From assembly GCA_964187785.1 (NCBI GenBank), contig OZ076415.1:15810001-15874000 (forward strand): DNA of 64,000 nucleotides, written 5' to 3'. Origin of the DNA: Amphiscolops sp. MND2022 (lineage: Eukaryota). A program made the translations under genes and the position numbers. The notes beneath the pieces were generated by a model. The model was not told the DNA's origin. It did not search any database and saw only the letters and a program-made list of their open reading frames with translations. Shown piece by piece: positions 1 through 10,197 of this stretch. The first letter of the stretch is position 1, and each line of letters begins with the position of its first letter.

Positions 1-659
1 AGACATTACGTCAGACTGTCTAGAACGTTTCTCTCTTGCTTTCTGCTTTCTAGTTGAAGGCATTTTCAAGAAATGGATTTGGTTTCAACAGTGAATTAAT
101 CAACAGTAACAAATTGAACAGTTTTGTATCGTAGCGTTCTCAATCAATGAATGAATCCTTTTATTACAAGTTCCGCGTATATATAGTTAATACTGCATGA
201 CACGCAATATTTTGCGTGTCAGGAACTAAATTTAGGGTGATATCATTCTAAATATAGCCCCGGTTTCAATATTAGGTCACTAGTTCTAAAAATAGACTGG
301 AGGTTTTGACATTACGTCACACAAATGAAGAGATATAAATAGCATCAAACAAACAACGGGTATCTTTACATGTATTCAAATTCAGGTTAAAAACAATAAT
401 CAATAATAGCAATTGAATAAATGTACTGATTGAATGCTGTCAGTTTGACCTTAGGTCTAAATAGTAGCATAGAAATTACATGTTTAGCGCTAATACTTCG
501 GTCGTTACATGTATGAAACTAATATTAAACTATCAGAATAAATGCTAAAGTTTGTTTCAGAGTTTGTTTATATAGGTAGTACCCCGGGTGCTGGTAGTGT
601 CTCATTACCTTCTGGCATCATTTGGTATAGGACGCCGCCACAAGCGGCAGCTTGCGACA
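1..659 (-). repeat. Partial LTR of Gypsy family E1 (second copy, includes first gag codons)
   Basis: Matches 8960-9618. Minus strand starts TGTCGCAAGC at 659. Positions 1-69 encode MKMPSTRKQKAREKRSRQSDVMS. Confidence 0.8.
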
Positions 660-1080
660 GCGAGAAAGTTTTGTTTTAGGTTGCTGTAATTTTGTAAGAT
701 CCAAGAATTTCAATTCGATGTCTCGCATCATTGTAAAAATCTCAAAGCGTTGGAAAAATGTTATAAAACTATAACAAATCCGGAAATTTTCGAAGTGATT
801 CAGATGAATACAGTTTCGAAAACTCGTAAAAGCACGTAATAACAAAAAGTTCCCTCACACAAAACATAAATAGATATATCTGAGTTTTAATAATGGTACC
901 TGCCTGGTACATAGTGGCAGGTCTGTTTACAACCGATACTCAGTAGAGGTCAAATGTCGGTAATGACGGGTGAATCGTATAACAGGTTTGTCATCATGTT
1001 TACGTTATTTTGTCAGCACAAAGGTGCCAAATTTTGATACAATATCCACAAATCACAAGTTTCTAAATTTCATTCTAGAC

Positions 1081-1238
1081 ATGGATCGTCGGTTGATGAG
1101 CTTGATCTTTCTATTCATGACGTCATCGAATCTGGGTTCTGTAATTGGGAGTGAGAATGATGAGTGCTATGACAATGATGATTGTATGGATTCCGATGCA
1201 TATATATGCTGTGAGGGAAATTGTCAGGAAAGTTGCTA
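1081..1238 (+). CDS. Duplicated exon 1 of the Cys-rich membrane protein gene (signal peptide + 6-Cys domain)
   Basis: Same peptide as 10040-10197, followed by donor GTAAGT at 1239. The unspliced reading ends at TAG 1237-1239. Confidence 0.75.
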
Positions 1239-1684
1239 GTAAGTACAACAATTTTCGAAAATTGGGATCATTTTTTGGTTGCATTAAGCCTTCCAGCTGA
1301 AGACAGAAAAATTGTATATGTAAACTAGCTGTTTTTTTAAAACCCTCAGAAAAATTGAATTCGGGGAGCATGACGGTTTCATCATTTGACCTTTGGGGTT
1401 AAAAACGGCTTGTTTAGAGCTCGAAACATAAAAAAGCCTAAAGGTTGCCGTTTTGTGAGAATAAAACACTTTTCATGAACTTCACGTTGTGCCAAAAAGC
1501 ATCCCAAAAAATGAACCTTTTTGTCGCATTAAGTTTTTTGAAAAAAGGATAAAGTACGAACTTTTTAGTCGAAGCATTATTGACTTGTCATACTGCCTGA
1601 TTGTGAAAGGCGTGTTTTTTATTCCATTGGCTTTGTCGATAATTTTTAGCTGTCAACCTGCTTGTATTTGAATCTAACACTTTC

Positions 1685-1749
1685 GCGCAATTCGAGATTT
1701 CTGCTAAGTTCATTGAGTCGATGAACTTAGCAGAAATCTCGAATTGCGC
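1685..1749. repeat. Perfect 29-bp inverted repeat with 7-nt loop (second copy 10644-10708)
   Basis: GCGCAATTCGAGATTTCTGCTAAGTTCAT-tgagtcg-ATGAACTTAGCAGAAATCTCGAATTGCGC. Confidence 0.95.
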
Positions 1750-2047
1750 CAAATTGTTGATACATTGCGTGAAAATGTTGATAAACGAACAAAATAGCGA
1801 AAACAGAGTGATGGAAAATAACGTGCGATTGAGTAGAAGCATTATAGAGACAGGCTGAAAACCTCTTGTCTGCAACCAGTTCTAAATTTTAATTGTATTT
1901 ATGTGCATCTGTTTCTAGACTGTACATTTGTTCATTTTCTTCTTTGTTGTTTTATTTATGACTGTTGGATTGTATCTCTGTAGTTCAGGTCCCAAGAAAA
2001 AGGTATTTGTTAAAGAAAATGACGGGCAAGTAATTCAGTTTTCCTGA

Positions 2048-5000
2048 CTAGTATCTATATTCATCAGTAAAGTTGGGTGTAGGGTTAGGGCGTAGATTAT
2101 ATTTTCCTCCCCTAGGACTTTCATTCTCTGCAACTGGATCATCTGTTTCTCTATCTGATAAATCGGGCACGATTATATCCTTCTCTCTAGGATTTGAAAA
2201 ATCAGGGTTTCCTGCTTCTGAGGGGCCCTCGGAGGTGGTTGTATCAGGTTCTGAATCAGTATTTGATTGCTGTCCGGTTGACTCAAGGTCGGTCTCGGAC
2301 GCAATTTCAGTCGACTGCCCAGGTAGTTGCTCAGACTCCTCTGAGTTAGTATCGTGTTGCAGTCTAGTGGACCGAGGGTCCAATTCGGCGAGTTGGTCTC
2401 TGCGCTGCTCAGCAGCTGCGTGTCATCAGTATTTTGGTCGTGTCGCGTGGACCGAAGGTCTAAATCGGTAATTTTGGGGTCCCGTTGATCAGAATTCATT
2501 GAAGGATCGTCGGAAGCATTTTTGAATTCGGAATTCGGTGGGAAATCGTCAAATTCAGTCTCCCAAGAAATAATGTAAAGATCATCCTGTGGTATAGTAA
2601 TTTCATCGTCGGTCTGTAAATTTCCCTCTGGACGGACATCACGTATGTCTGTATTTGGAGTATATTTTCGTAATCTAATACGGTGTAAGATTTGTGTTTT
2701 ATTAGAATTGAGTTTTCTGACGATGTAGTTTTCATTTGGCAAAACTTTTTCGATGATATAGGGTCCAGTCCACCGGAATTCTCGGAACGGGATTTTTGAC
2801 CCTTGGTGGTCCGCTAGCGGCTGAAGTATAAAGCAGTAATCACCCTGGTGTAACGGAGCTGCTTTCGCTTTGCGGTCATAATATTCTTTATATTTTAAGT
2901 ACGATTGCATAATATTTTTCTTCGTCCTGTCAATGAGAATTTGAGTACGCCTTTGTAATTCTTCGGCAAAGTCTGTTGTAGGTAGGATCTTTGGGTTTGG
3001 ATTTAGTCCTAACCGATGGTCTAAGATATTATATGGTATCCTTCCGTGAAAAATCCTGGAAGGCTCGCATCCGATGCTTGAATGATAGGTGGTATTGTAA
3101 TTGAGGACGGCCAATGGTAGATACTTATGCCATTGGCGCCGATATTCGCCCGAAGCCATCTTGAGGTTACACTTGAGGCTGGCGTGATTTCTCTCTGATT
3201 TACCTATCATCTGCGGATGCTTCGTTGTTGCACATTTGATCTGAATTCCCAATATTTTTGCCACCTCGTCGACTAGACGTGATGTAAAAGCCGTGCCTTT
3301 GTCAGTAATTAAGGTCGTCGGAAGGTAGGCATGTCTCGTCATGATGTCGATAATTACTTTTGCGGTACTAGAGGCTGATGCGTCGGTGACTGGATAGGCA
3401 AATAAGTATCTGGAGAATACGTCAAGTGCAGTAATGATGTTTTCATATCCTCCACTCGGGGGAAGATTGGGTAAGAGATCAATCTGTAAGGCATCCTCAG
3501 GACCGAGATCCCATTCGGGTAAATTGAGTAGTTCCGGCGTTATTGATGGATTTGTGGTTCTTTTGTCTTTTATGCATGTTTCGCATCCTAGGACCCATTT
3601 TTTGACGATTTTTGCAATTCCCGGATATTAGTATTTTTGGCGGATTTCGTAGAGCATCTTGGAGATTCCTGGATGTTTGTTCGCCGATCCGTGTAATGAT
3701 TGGAGTAGTTCAGACACTAGGTGTTTGGGTAAAAGGGCCTGTCGGTATTGTACATTACCTGTTTCGTCATAGTAATCTCGAATGACGATATCGTCCTGTA
3801 CGGACAGACGGTCGATTTGACTGCAGTAATGCCGGTAACGTGGATCCTGTTGTAGAATCGTTTCCGAGTAGTCTTCTTTCTGTAGTTTAAGGCGTAGATG
3901 GTGTAATATTACGTCGTTTTGCTGTTCAATAGCCAAGGTGGTTCTGTTTAATAGTCTTTGTGATGTTGTCTGTTGGGAAGAAATGCCTTGGTGTACACTG
4001 AGTTTCTCAAAGGAAATATCAGGTACTTGGTTCGTCGGGTGGGACCTAGCGTCCTTTTTCCGTTGCCATATTTGCTCTTCCGTTTCCTCATCTTCGTCTG
4101 TAAAGAATATCTGGTCTTCTTCGATTACTCCAGCCGACTGGACGTTGAGTTCGATAGGTGTTGTCGATATATCCTCCCGTATACGGAGTATGAGTTTCTC
4201 TTTAGGGCAGATTTCTAAGCGTGACAAGTAGTCGGCTGCGGTGTTGTTTTTGCCTGGTATATGGGCAATTGTGAAATTGAACTGGATAACGTAGTCACAC
4301 GCGTTCCACAATGTTGGCGGAATGATTTTAGTTTGAAAAAAGCGAGTAACGGACTTGTTGTCTGTTAGTATGATTACCGGTTTCGGGGTCCCCCAAAAGA
4401 TGTGTCCAAACTCCTTGAAGGCAAAGAATATCGCTAGGAATTCTTTTGCATAGATGGACATTTTCAGTTGGGCGGGACTAAAGGTCTTGGATCCATATGC
4501 TACTGGTGCAAACGCTTTTCGCGTTGAACTATATTTCTCCATTGGATCGTCCTCGATGAGAACTGCATAACCTGCTGCCGAGAAACTAGCATCAGTCATT
4601 AATGCTATTTGTTTATTGGGCAGAGGTTGTTTGAGTGCAAGTTCGCAACATCGGTCAAGAGCTTTGTTGATATCGGTGAATTGTTCTAACAGATCAGGTG
4701 TGACTGTGACCTTAGCATCATTTTTCAGTAGTTTGAAAAAGGGTGTCAGTTTTTCTGAAAGCCTTGGATTGTAGTTACGGTAATAGTTCAGGAAGCCCAA
4801 GTATCTTTGGAGTGCTTTTTTGGACTTTGGGAATTTCGTTTTCTCTAGGAAGTTTTGGACTCTGGGTCGTTGTGGCCGCACTCCTTCAGGAGTGATGGTG
4901 CGTCCCAGGAAGTCAATTTCTTTGGCACCAAAGTGGCATTTATGCATCGTTAGTTTAAGACCTGCAGTCCTAATGCACTCAAAAGTTGCCCGAAGGTTGT

Positions 5001-7223
5001 TGATAAGTTGCGTAGTGTTGTTGGCAGCAATCCCAATATCATCAACATACTGAGCGCATTGGTCTGCTTTGATCACTTTGTCCAAATATTCGCGCATAAA
5101 GCTCGAGAAGGCTGACAGGACCCTACTCAGACCTTGCGCAAGTCTGCGATAGGCAAAGGTTCTGCTGGCGAAGTTGAAGGCCAGCATCTCAATTGACCTC
5201 TGGTCAGCCATCTGGAGGCAGTGATATGCTTGAGAACAGTCTAATTTGCAGAATAATCGTTTGCCTGCCATGTGTTGTGCGGCATCTGTGAGCGTACTGA
5301 CTGGATGGTTATTGTTGATGTAGTCGTCAGAAATCAAGTTGTTGATCTTTCGTAGGTCAACCAAGAGTCGCAGTTTGCCATTGGGTTTTTTCTGGGCAAA
5401 AATAGGACTGGCGTATTTGGAAAACGGGAGTGTTGTTATAATCCCATATCGGTGTAGTAGTGCTAATTCAACAAGAATGTCTTCTTTGAGGTTAATTGGT
5501 GTGGGCAAACTTTGACTATAGGCAGGGGAGTCATCTTTAGGGGTCAGTTTGATATTGAAATCCTCATTCATGCCTATATCGAAGCAGTGGCGAGCAAATA
5601 TGTCGTGAAATTCAACCAGGAGTTCTTCAATTTGGGCAATTTCTGTTGGGTTGAGCGTCGAGTCTGCCCAATCAAAGTTGGCGAGAAACTGTTTTCTGGA
5701 CTCAATGTCATCCTGAGGGTTAAGTTTCTCTAATTCCTGTAGGTTTTGTAATTCTTTCAGGATCCTTTGTTGTATTGGTGTATGTGTTTGAGGGTCTCCG
5801 GGGTCTTCCGGAGTAGGAAACCAATAGTGTTCGCTACTATCGTCAGTTTTCGGAGATATGATGAGACTGCTGGCATAGTAGGCGGCATTCTCGGGATTAT
5901 CTTGTAAAAGGTGCCATGTGGTCACTGGGTCAATGGGTTTGACGTATTTCATCTGTTCTGGCGTGAGGACGGAGAAATTAGCGATGTGTGAACCTCTTTT
6001 GATGGTGTGTGATTGGTCAGTGAAGTTGTTCACGTGGGTCGTAACCTGACCTTGAGTCAAAGTGACAAGAGCAGCACAGAATGTTATATCTCCATCATCT
6101 GCAAGGTCATTGCTCGGTTGAAGAATTCCAGTGACATTCGCGTCATCGTATATCTGAGAATACATAGAGACCATGTGTCTATCATTGGGTGGAATTGTTA
6201 TATCCTCCCGTGCGCAGATAGGTTCCATGACGTTGGTGTATTTGTGGTCCGCTGTTTTCAATTGCATGGAGAAGAATGGGAAATTTAGAATTCCCTGTCG
6301 CATGTCTAATATGGTATTGTTCCTCTGGAGGAACGAAAGACCAATTAGTGGACTGGTAAGTTTTTCCGTAACTATGAAGATCTCATGAAAATCGATGTCC
6401 CCGACCTCAAATTTGAGTTCGACAGTGCTCTTTGGAGTCTCCAGCTGTCCGTTAGCTACCATTATCTGGAAGTTGGGAGCTGGGCCCTCTTTAATTATTG
6501 ACTGAGGGGCTAATAATCGGATTTTTCGTAGATCAGCTTCTGGGATTGCGCTAGATAGGGCTCCCGTGTCTACAAGGCCATCTAAGGTTAGTTCGCCAAA
6601 ATCCATTGGAAAGTAGAGCATGCGTCTCTTGTATTTTAGTCCAAGGTTGGTAGTCAACGGGACGTAGGCGGGTTCACCGAGTCGTGAGATTAACGTGTTC
6701 ACAAACCGTTCTTCCACTGTTGCAGCTAGCGTGACCACAGGTCCGTCTGGGGCGGTCTCCTTCATTGTTTCATCCTGGGTAGTCAAACTAGTGGCGGGGC
6801 ATTTTCTCTGCCATGGGTCGACAAGAGCCTTGGTCAGAGCCTCGTTGAGATTTTGGTCAGTTTTATATGAGTCAGTTTCTATTTCCGTAAAATTTTTGTG
6901 GAAATTGTATAGAAATTGAGATGATGTTGGTTGTAGATCTGAATGTCCCAATAGGGGTCAAAACCAAAATCTGGGTCCGGATAATAGGGATTATAGTTAT
7001 CAATGAGTGGGAGAGGACGTATAGTATTAGTATTGTATTGCTGTCTATCGGACTGGTAGTCCAAGTCGTGGAGTTTGGTAGGAGTATTTTTCACCTGCTG
7101 CTGCCAGTCAGCTGATGAAGTTTCTTTAAGTGATGAATAATATTCAGTGTAGTAAACAGTAGAGGGGTCAGAAATTATATATTGTCTAATTCGTAGTTTT
7201 TCATTAAAGCAGAGTCGTGGCAA
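2048..7223 (-). pseudogene. pol: E1 pol: aspartic protease, dUTPase-like segment, RT, RNase H, integrase with GPY/F motif; disrupted
   Basis: LVDTGA (protease), QYVDD (RT), TDAS (RNase H), H..H..C..C with ITDKGTAF and ERNH (integrase), WTGPY. Frameshift near 6900-6950, in-frame stop at 3628-3630, frameshift near 2400. Confidence 0.93.
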
Positions 7224-7225
7224 AT

Positions 7226-9028
7226 CTAGTTTTTTGAGTTTTTAAGAATGGAGGTGGTGGGTTTAGTATTGCTAGAGTCATCTTGACTCTTAGTCGTTTC
7301 CTCTGTTTTGGAATTGTCCAATTTGAGGTTCTTGGGCTTGAGGTGAGCTCCAGCGCCTTTCCAACATCGTTCCGCCGGGTGATTTGTTTTGTCGCAAGTT
7401 GGACATTTTGGATATTCTTTCTTGGTATCCTGCCCTTTATTGCGGCGTTGTTCCTCCTTTCTTTTGAGTTTGCGGCAGTCATCTTTGACGTGCCCAGGTT
7501 TTTTGCAATAATTGCAAGTAATGTTTGGGTCAATGCCGGATGAGAGGAGGCCAGTACCCGGTCGTGTTGCTGTCGGGGCTGTGGACATTGTGGGGACGTG
7601 AATGTCGTCGCCCTCCTCAAGTCCATTCAACTCCAATTCTCGTTCAAGGTGTGTGACAATCTCTTCGTAGGCCGCATTTTCAAGCCGGGCCATGTTAACC
7701 GAACGTTTCAGTTTGGGTGGCAATTTAGCGTATAACAGACTGTCAATCATCGCCTGAGCGTGTTCTCCAAAGGCTTTTTCAGCACCTTGGTTAAGTTCTT
7801 CGAGAAAATCAGGTAATTTCATAGTATTCGGATCAAATACCAATTTATGCCATTTGTGTTTTGCAGTTGCCTGGGACTCAGGTTTGACATATTTCCTACG
7901 GAAGATTGCTAGTATATCTTCCAAAGTTTGTCTATTGGCAGAGTTGATATTACGAAAGGTCTGTAGCGCATTTTTGCGCAACAGCGAATGAAAATGATTG
8001 ATTTTCATTGTTTCCGTCATGTCCGGTTGCATCTTTATCATCGTGTGAAAAAGATCTTCGAACAGTTCAAACTTTTCGGATTTACCATCGAATGTTAATG
8101 TGGTCGTATTGACTGGTCGTACCATCAGTGTCTGGGCTGACGGTTTGTTATTTATTCCCATAATAACATCTGCAAGTCTATTGATGGGATCCATTGGTGC
8201 TTCAAAGGGCACGTCCCTGTTGTTAGTAGGGACTGTTGGTATTTGTGCAGGGATGGTTGTATCGCGCGTGTCATCGGTAACACACTGTTGATGGGGAGTT
8301 TTATTTTGAGAATGCATGGGCCGTCGGGTTAGAAATTCAGGGACCATTTGAGGGGTAAGGTTGGCTCCTGTCACCATGTCATAACCATATTCATCGTCAC
8401 TAACTTGAGAATCACCTGAATTCTCTCTGCGATGATTTGTTTGGTTATTTTTGATTGAAATTAACCTCGGAAACTCATTCTGAGCATCCTGGTACGATTT
8501 ACTGGTATTTTCCGGATGCAGTCCATTTGACCGAAGGTCCTTCTGAGAATTTCCTGGGGCGGCAGTATCTTCATGCAGTCCATCTGACCGAAGGTCTAAA
8601 CTTGTGTTTTTTGCTGAATTCTGTCTTCTAACAGCATTTTTGATGCTGGGAAGCACCCTAGTGTCAATCGCAGTGTTTATAACATCCAATATCTGAGAAT
8701 TTAGACTAGTTTGCATTTCTTGAAACTTCCTTGACATCTGTGATGAAATTTCAGAACTAATAACAATACTAGTTTCAATGGTCAAACAACTATTTTCACT
8801 TGGATTGTTATTCAGGAAGGTTTGATAGTCTTCCACATTTCGATCCTGGCCTTCCCGTTCATCAGACCTTTGGTCTAATGTATTTTCATTATTCTCACCT
8901 CGGAATTCATTATTCTCTCTCTGATAACTTCCTAACATTACATCTAGATTTTCTATATCAGACATTACGTCAGACTGTCTAGAACGTTTCTCTCTTGCTT
9001 TCTGCTTTCTAGTTGAAGGCATTTTCAA
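7226..9028 (-). CDS. gag: E1 Gag, 600 aa, two CCHC zinc knuckles
   Basis: CNYCKKPGHVKDDC and CPTCDKTNHPAERC; capsid-like FDGKSEKFELFEDLF region; open ORF upstream of pol. Confidence 0.92.
   Translation of the reverse strand: MKMPSTRKQKAREKRSRQSDVMSDIENLDVMLGSYQRENNEFRGENNENTLDQRSDEREGQDRNVEDYQTFLNNNPSENSCLTIETSIVISSEISSQMSRKFQEMQTSLNSQILDVINTAIDTRVLPSIKNAVRRQNSAKNTSLDLRSDGLHEDTAAPGNSQKDLRSNGLHPENTSKSYQDAQNEFPRLISIKNNQTNHRRENSGDSQVSDDEYGYDMVTGANLTPQMVPEFLTRRPMHSQNKTPHQQCVTDDTRDTTIPAQIPTVPTNNRDVPFEAPMDPINRLADVIMGINNKPSAQTLMVRPVNTTTLTFDGKSEKFELFEDLFHTMIKMQPDMTETMKINHFHSLLRKNALQTFRNINSANRQTLEDILAIFRRKYVKPESQATAKHKWHKLVFDPNTMKLPDFLEELNQGAEKAFGEHAQAMIDSLLYAKLPPKLKRSVNMARLENAAYEEIVTHLERELELNGLEEGDDIHVPTMSTAPTATRPGTGLLSSGIDPNITCNYCKKPGHVKDDCRKLKRKEEQRRNKGQDTKKEYPKCPTCDKTNHPAERCWKGAGAHLKPKNLKLDNSKTEETTKSQDDSSNTKPTTSILKNSKN
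7229..7235 (-). promoter_or_regulatory. -1 ribosomal frameshift slippery site A AAA AAC at the gag stop
   Basis: ...TCA AAA AAC TAG. The -1 frame continues KKLDLPRLCFNEKL into the pol N-terminal ORF (6879-7223). Confidence 0.75.
8365..8376 (-). promoter_or_regulatory. Primer-binding site TGGTGACAGGAG (tRNA-Leu-like) inside the gag ORF
   Basis: Directly follows ...TATGACA and is read in frame as D-M-V-T-G. It differs at one base from the complement of the common tRNA-Leu 3' end CUCCUGACACCA. Confidence 0.75.
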
Positions 9029-9618
9029 GAAATGGATTTGGTTTCAACAGTGAATTAATCAACAGTAACAAATTGAACAGTTTTGTATCGTAGCGTTCTC
9101 AATCAATGAATGAATCCTTTTATTACAAGTTCCGCGTATATATAGTTAATACTGCATGACACGCAATATTTTGCGTGTCAGGAACTAAATTTAGGGTGAT
9201 ATCATTCTAAATATAGCCCCGGTTTCAATATTAGGTCACTAGTTCTAAAAATAGACTGGAGGTTTTGACATTACGTCACACAAATGAAGAGATATAAATA
9301 GCATCAAACAAACAATGGGTATCTTTACATGTATTCAAATTCAGGTTAAAAACAATAATCAATAATAGCAATTGAATAAATGTACTGATTGAATGCTGTC
9401 AGTTTGACCTTAGGTCTAAATAGTAGCATAGAAATTACATGTTTAGCGCTAATACTTCGGTCGTTACATGTATGAAACTAATATTAAACTATCAGAATAA
9501 ATGCTAAAGTTTGTTTCAGAGTTTGTTTATATAGGTAGTACCCCGGGTGCTGGTAGTGTCTCATTACCTTCTGGCATCATTTGGTATAGGACGCCGCCAC
9601 AAGCGGCAGCTTGCGACA
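8377..9618 (-). repeat. E1 5' LTR (1242 bp), TGTCGCA...TGACA
   Basis: Start is homologous to the E2 LTR start (TGTCGCAAGCTGCCGCTTGT vs TGTCGCAGGCTGCCGCCTGT). The in-frame reading hits a stop a few codons upstream. The end is followed by the PBS. Confidence 0.82.
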
Positions 9619-10039
9619 GCGAGAAAGTTTTGTTTTAGGTTGCTGTAATTTTGTAAGATCCAAGAATTTCAATTCGATGTCTCGCATCATTGTAAAATTC
9701 TCAAAGCGTTGGAAAAATGTTATAAAACTATAACAAATCCGGAAATTTTCGAAGTGATGCAGATGAATACAGTTTCGAAAACTCGTAAAAGCACGTAATA
9801 ACAAAAAGTTCCCTCACACAAAACATAAATAGATATATCTGAGTTTTAATAATGGTACCTGCCTGGTACATAGTGGCAGGTCTGTTTACAACCGATACTC
9901 AGTAGAGGTCAAATGTCGGTAATGACGGGTGAATCGTATAACAGGTTTGTCATCATGTTTACGTTATTTTGTCAGCACAAAGGTGCCAAATTTTGATACA
10001 ATATCCACAAATCACAAGTTTCTAAATTTCATTCTAGAC

Positions 10040-10197
10040 ATGGATCGTCGGTTGATGAGCTTGATCTTTCTATTCATGACGTCATCGAATCTGGGTTCTG
10101 TAATTGGGAGTGAGAATGATGAGTGCTATGACAATGATGATTGTATGGATTCCGATGCATATATATGCTGTGAGGGAAATTGTCAGGAAAGTTGCTA
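10040..10197 (+). CDS. Host gene exon 1: signal peptide + C-x5-C-x7-CC-x3-C-x3-C domain
   Basis: MDRRLMSLIFLFMTSSNLGSVIGSENDECYDNDDCMDSDAYICCEGNCQESC, then phase-2 donor TA|GTAAGT. Confidence 0.85.

Larger units (their letters stand above)
1..1862. repeat. Direct repeat, copy 1 of 8960-10821 (E1 LTR part + host promoter/exon 1/start of intron 1)
   Basis: Constant offset of 8959 (ORFs 618/9577, 970/9929, 1489/10448). About 8 substitutions spotted by eye. Identity ends at CAGGCTGAAAAC (1862/10821). The left end runs off the window. Confidence 0.95.
1863..9618 (-). mobile_element. Ty3/Gypsy LTR retrotransposon E1 (5' LTR, gag, pol; 3' region joined to duplicated host DNA)
   Basis: Domain order Gag-protease-RT-RNase H-integrase, typical of Gypsy. 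LTR TGTC...GACA, PBS and -1 slippery site are present. Confidence 0.93.

Noticed and set aside
1-69. gag start at the window edge as proof of a head-to-tail tandem element
   Set aside because: The LTR itself contains the gag start, so this is equally consistent with an ordinary second LTR.
970-1239. 89-aa ORF as a conotoxin or venom gene
   Set aside because: The Cys framework alone is not diagnostic, and the exon splices in phase to TM and PPxY exons. The upstream 37 codons before ATG 1081 look non-coding.
2073-2471. Plus-strand ORFs antisense to gag/pol (also 3938, 4820, 5512, 6013, 59598 and others)
   Set aside because: Shadow ORFs of the long coding regions.
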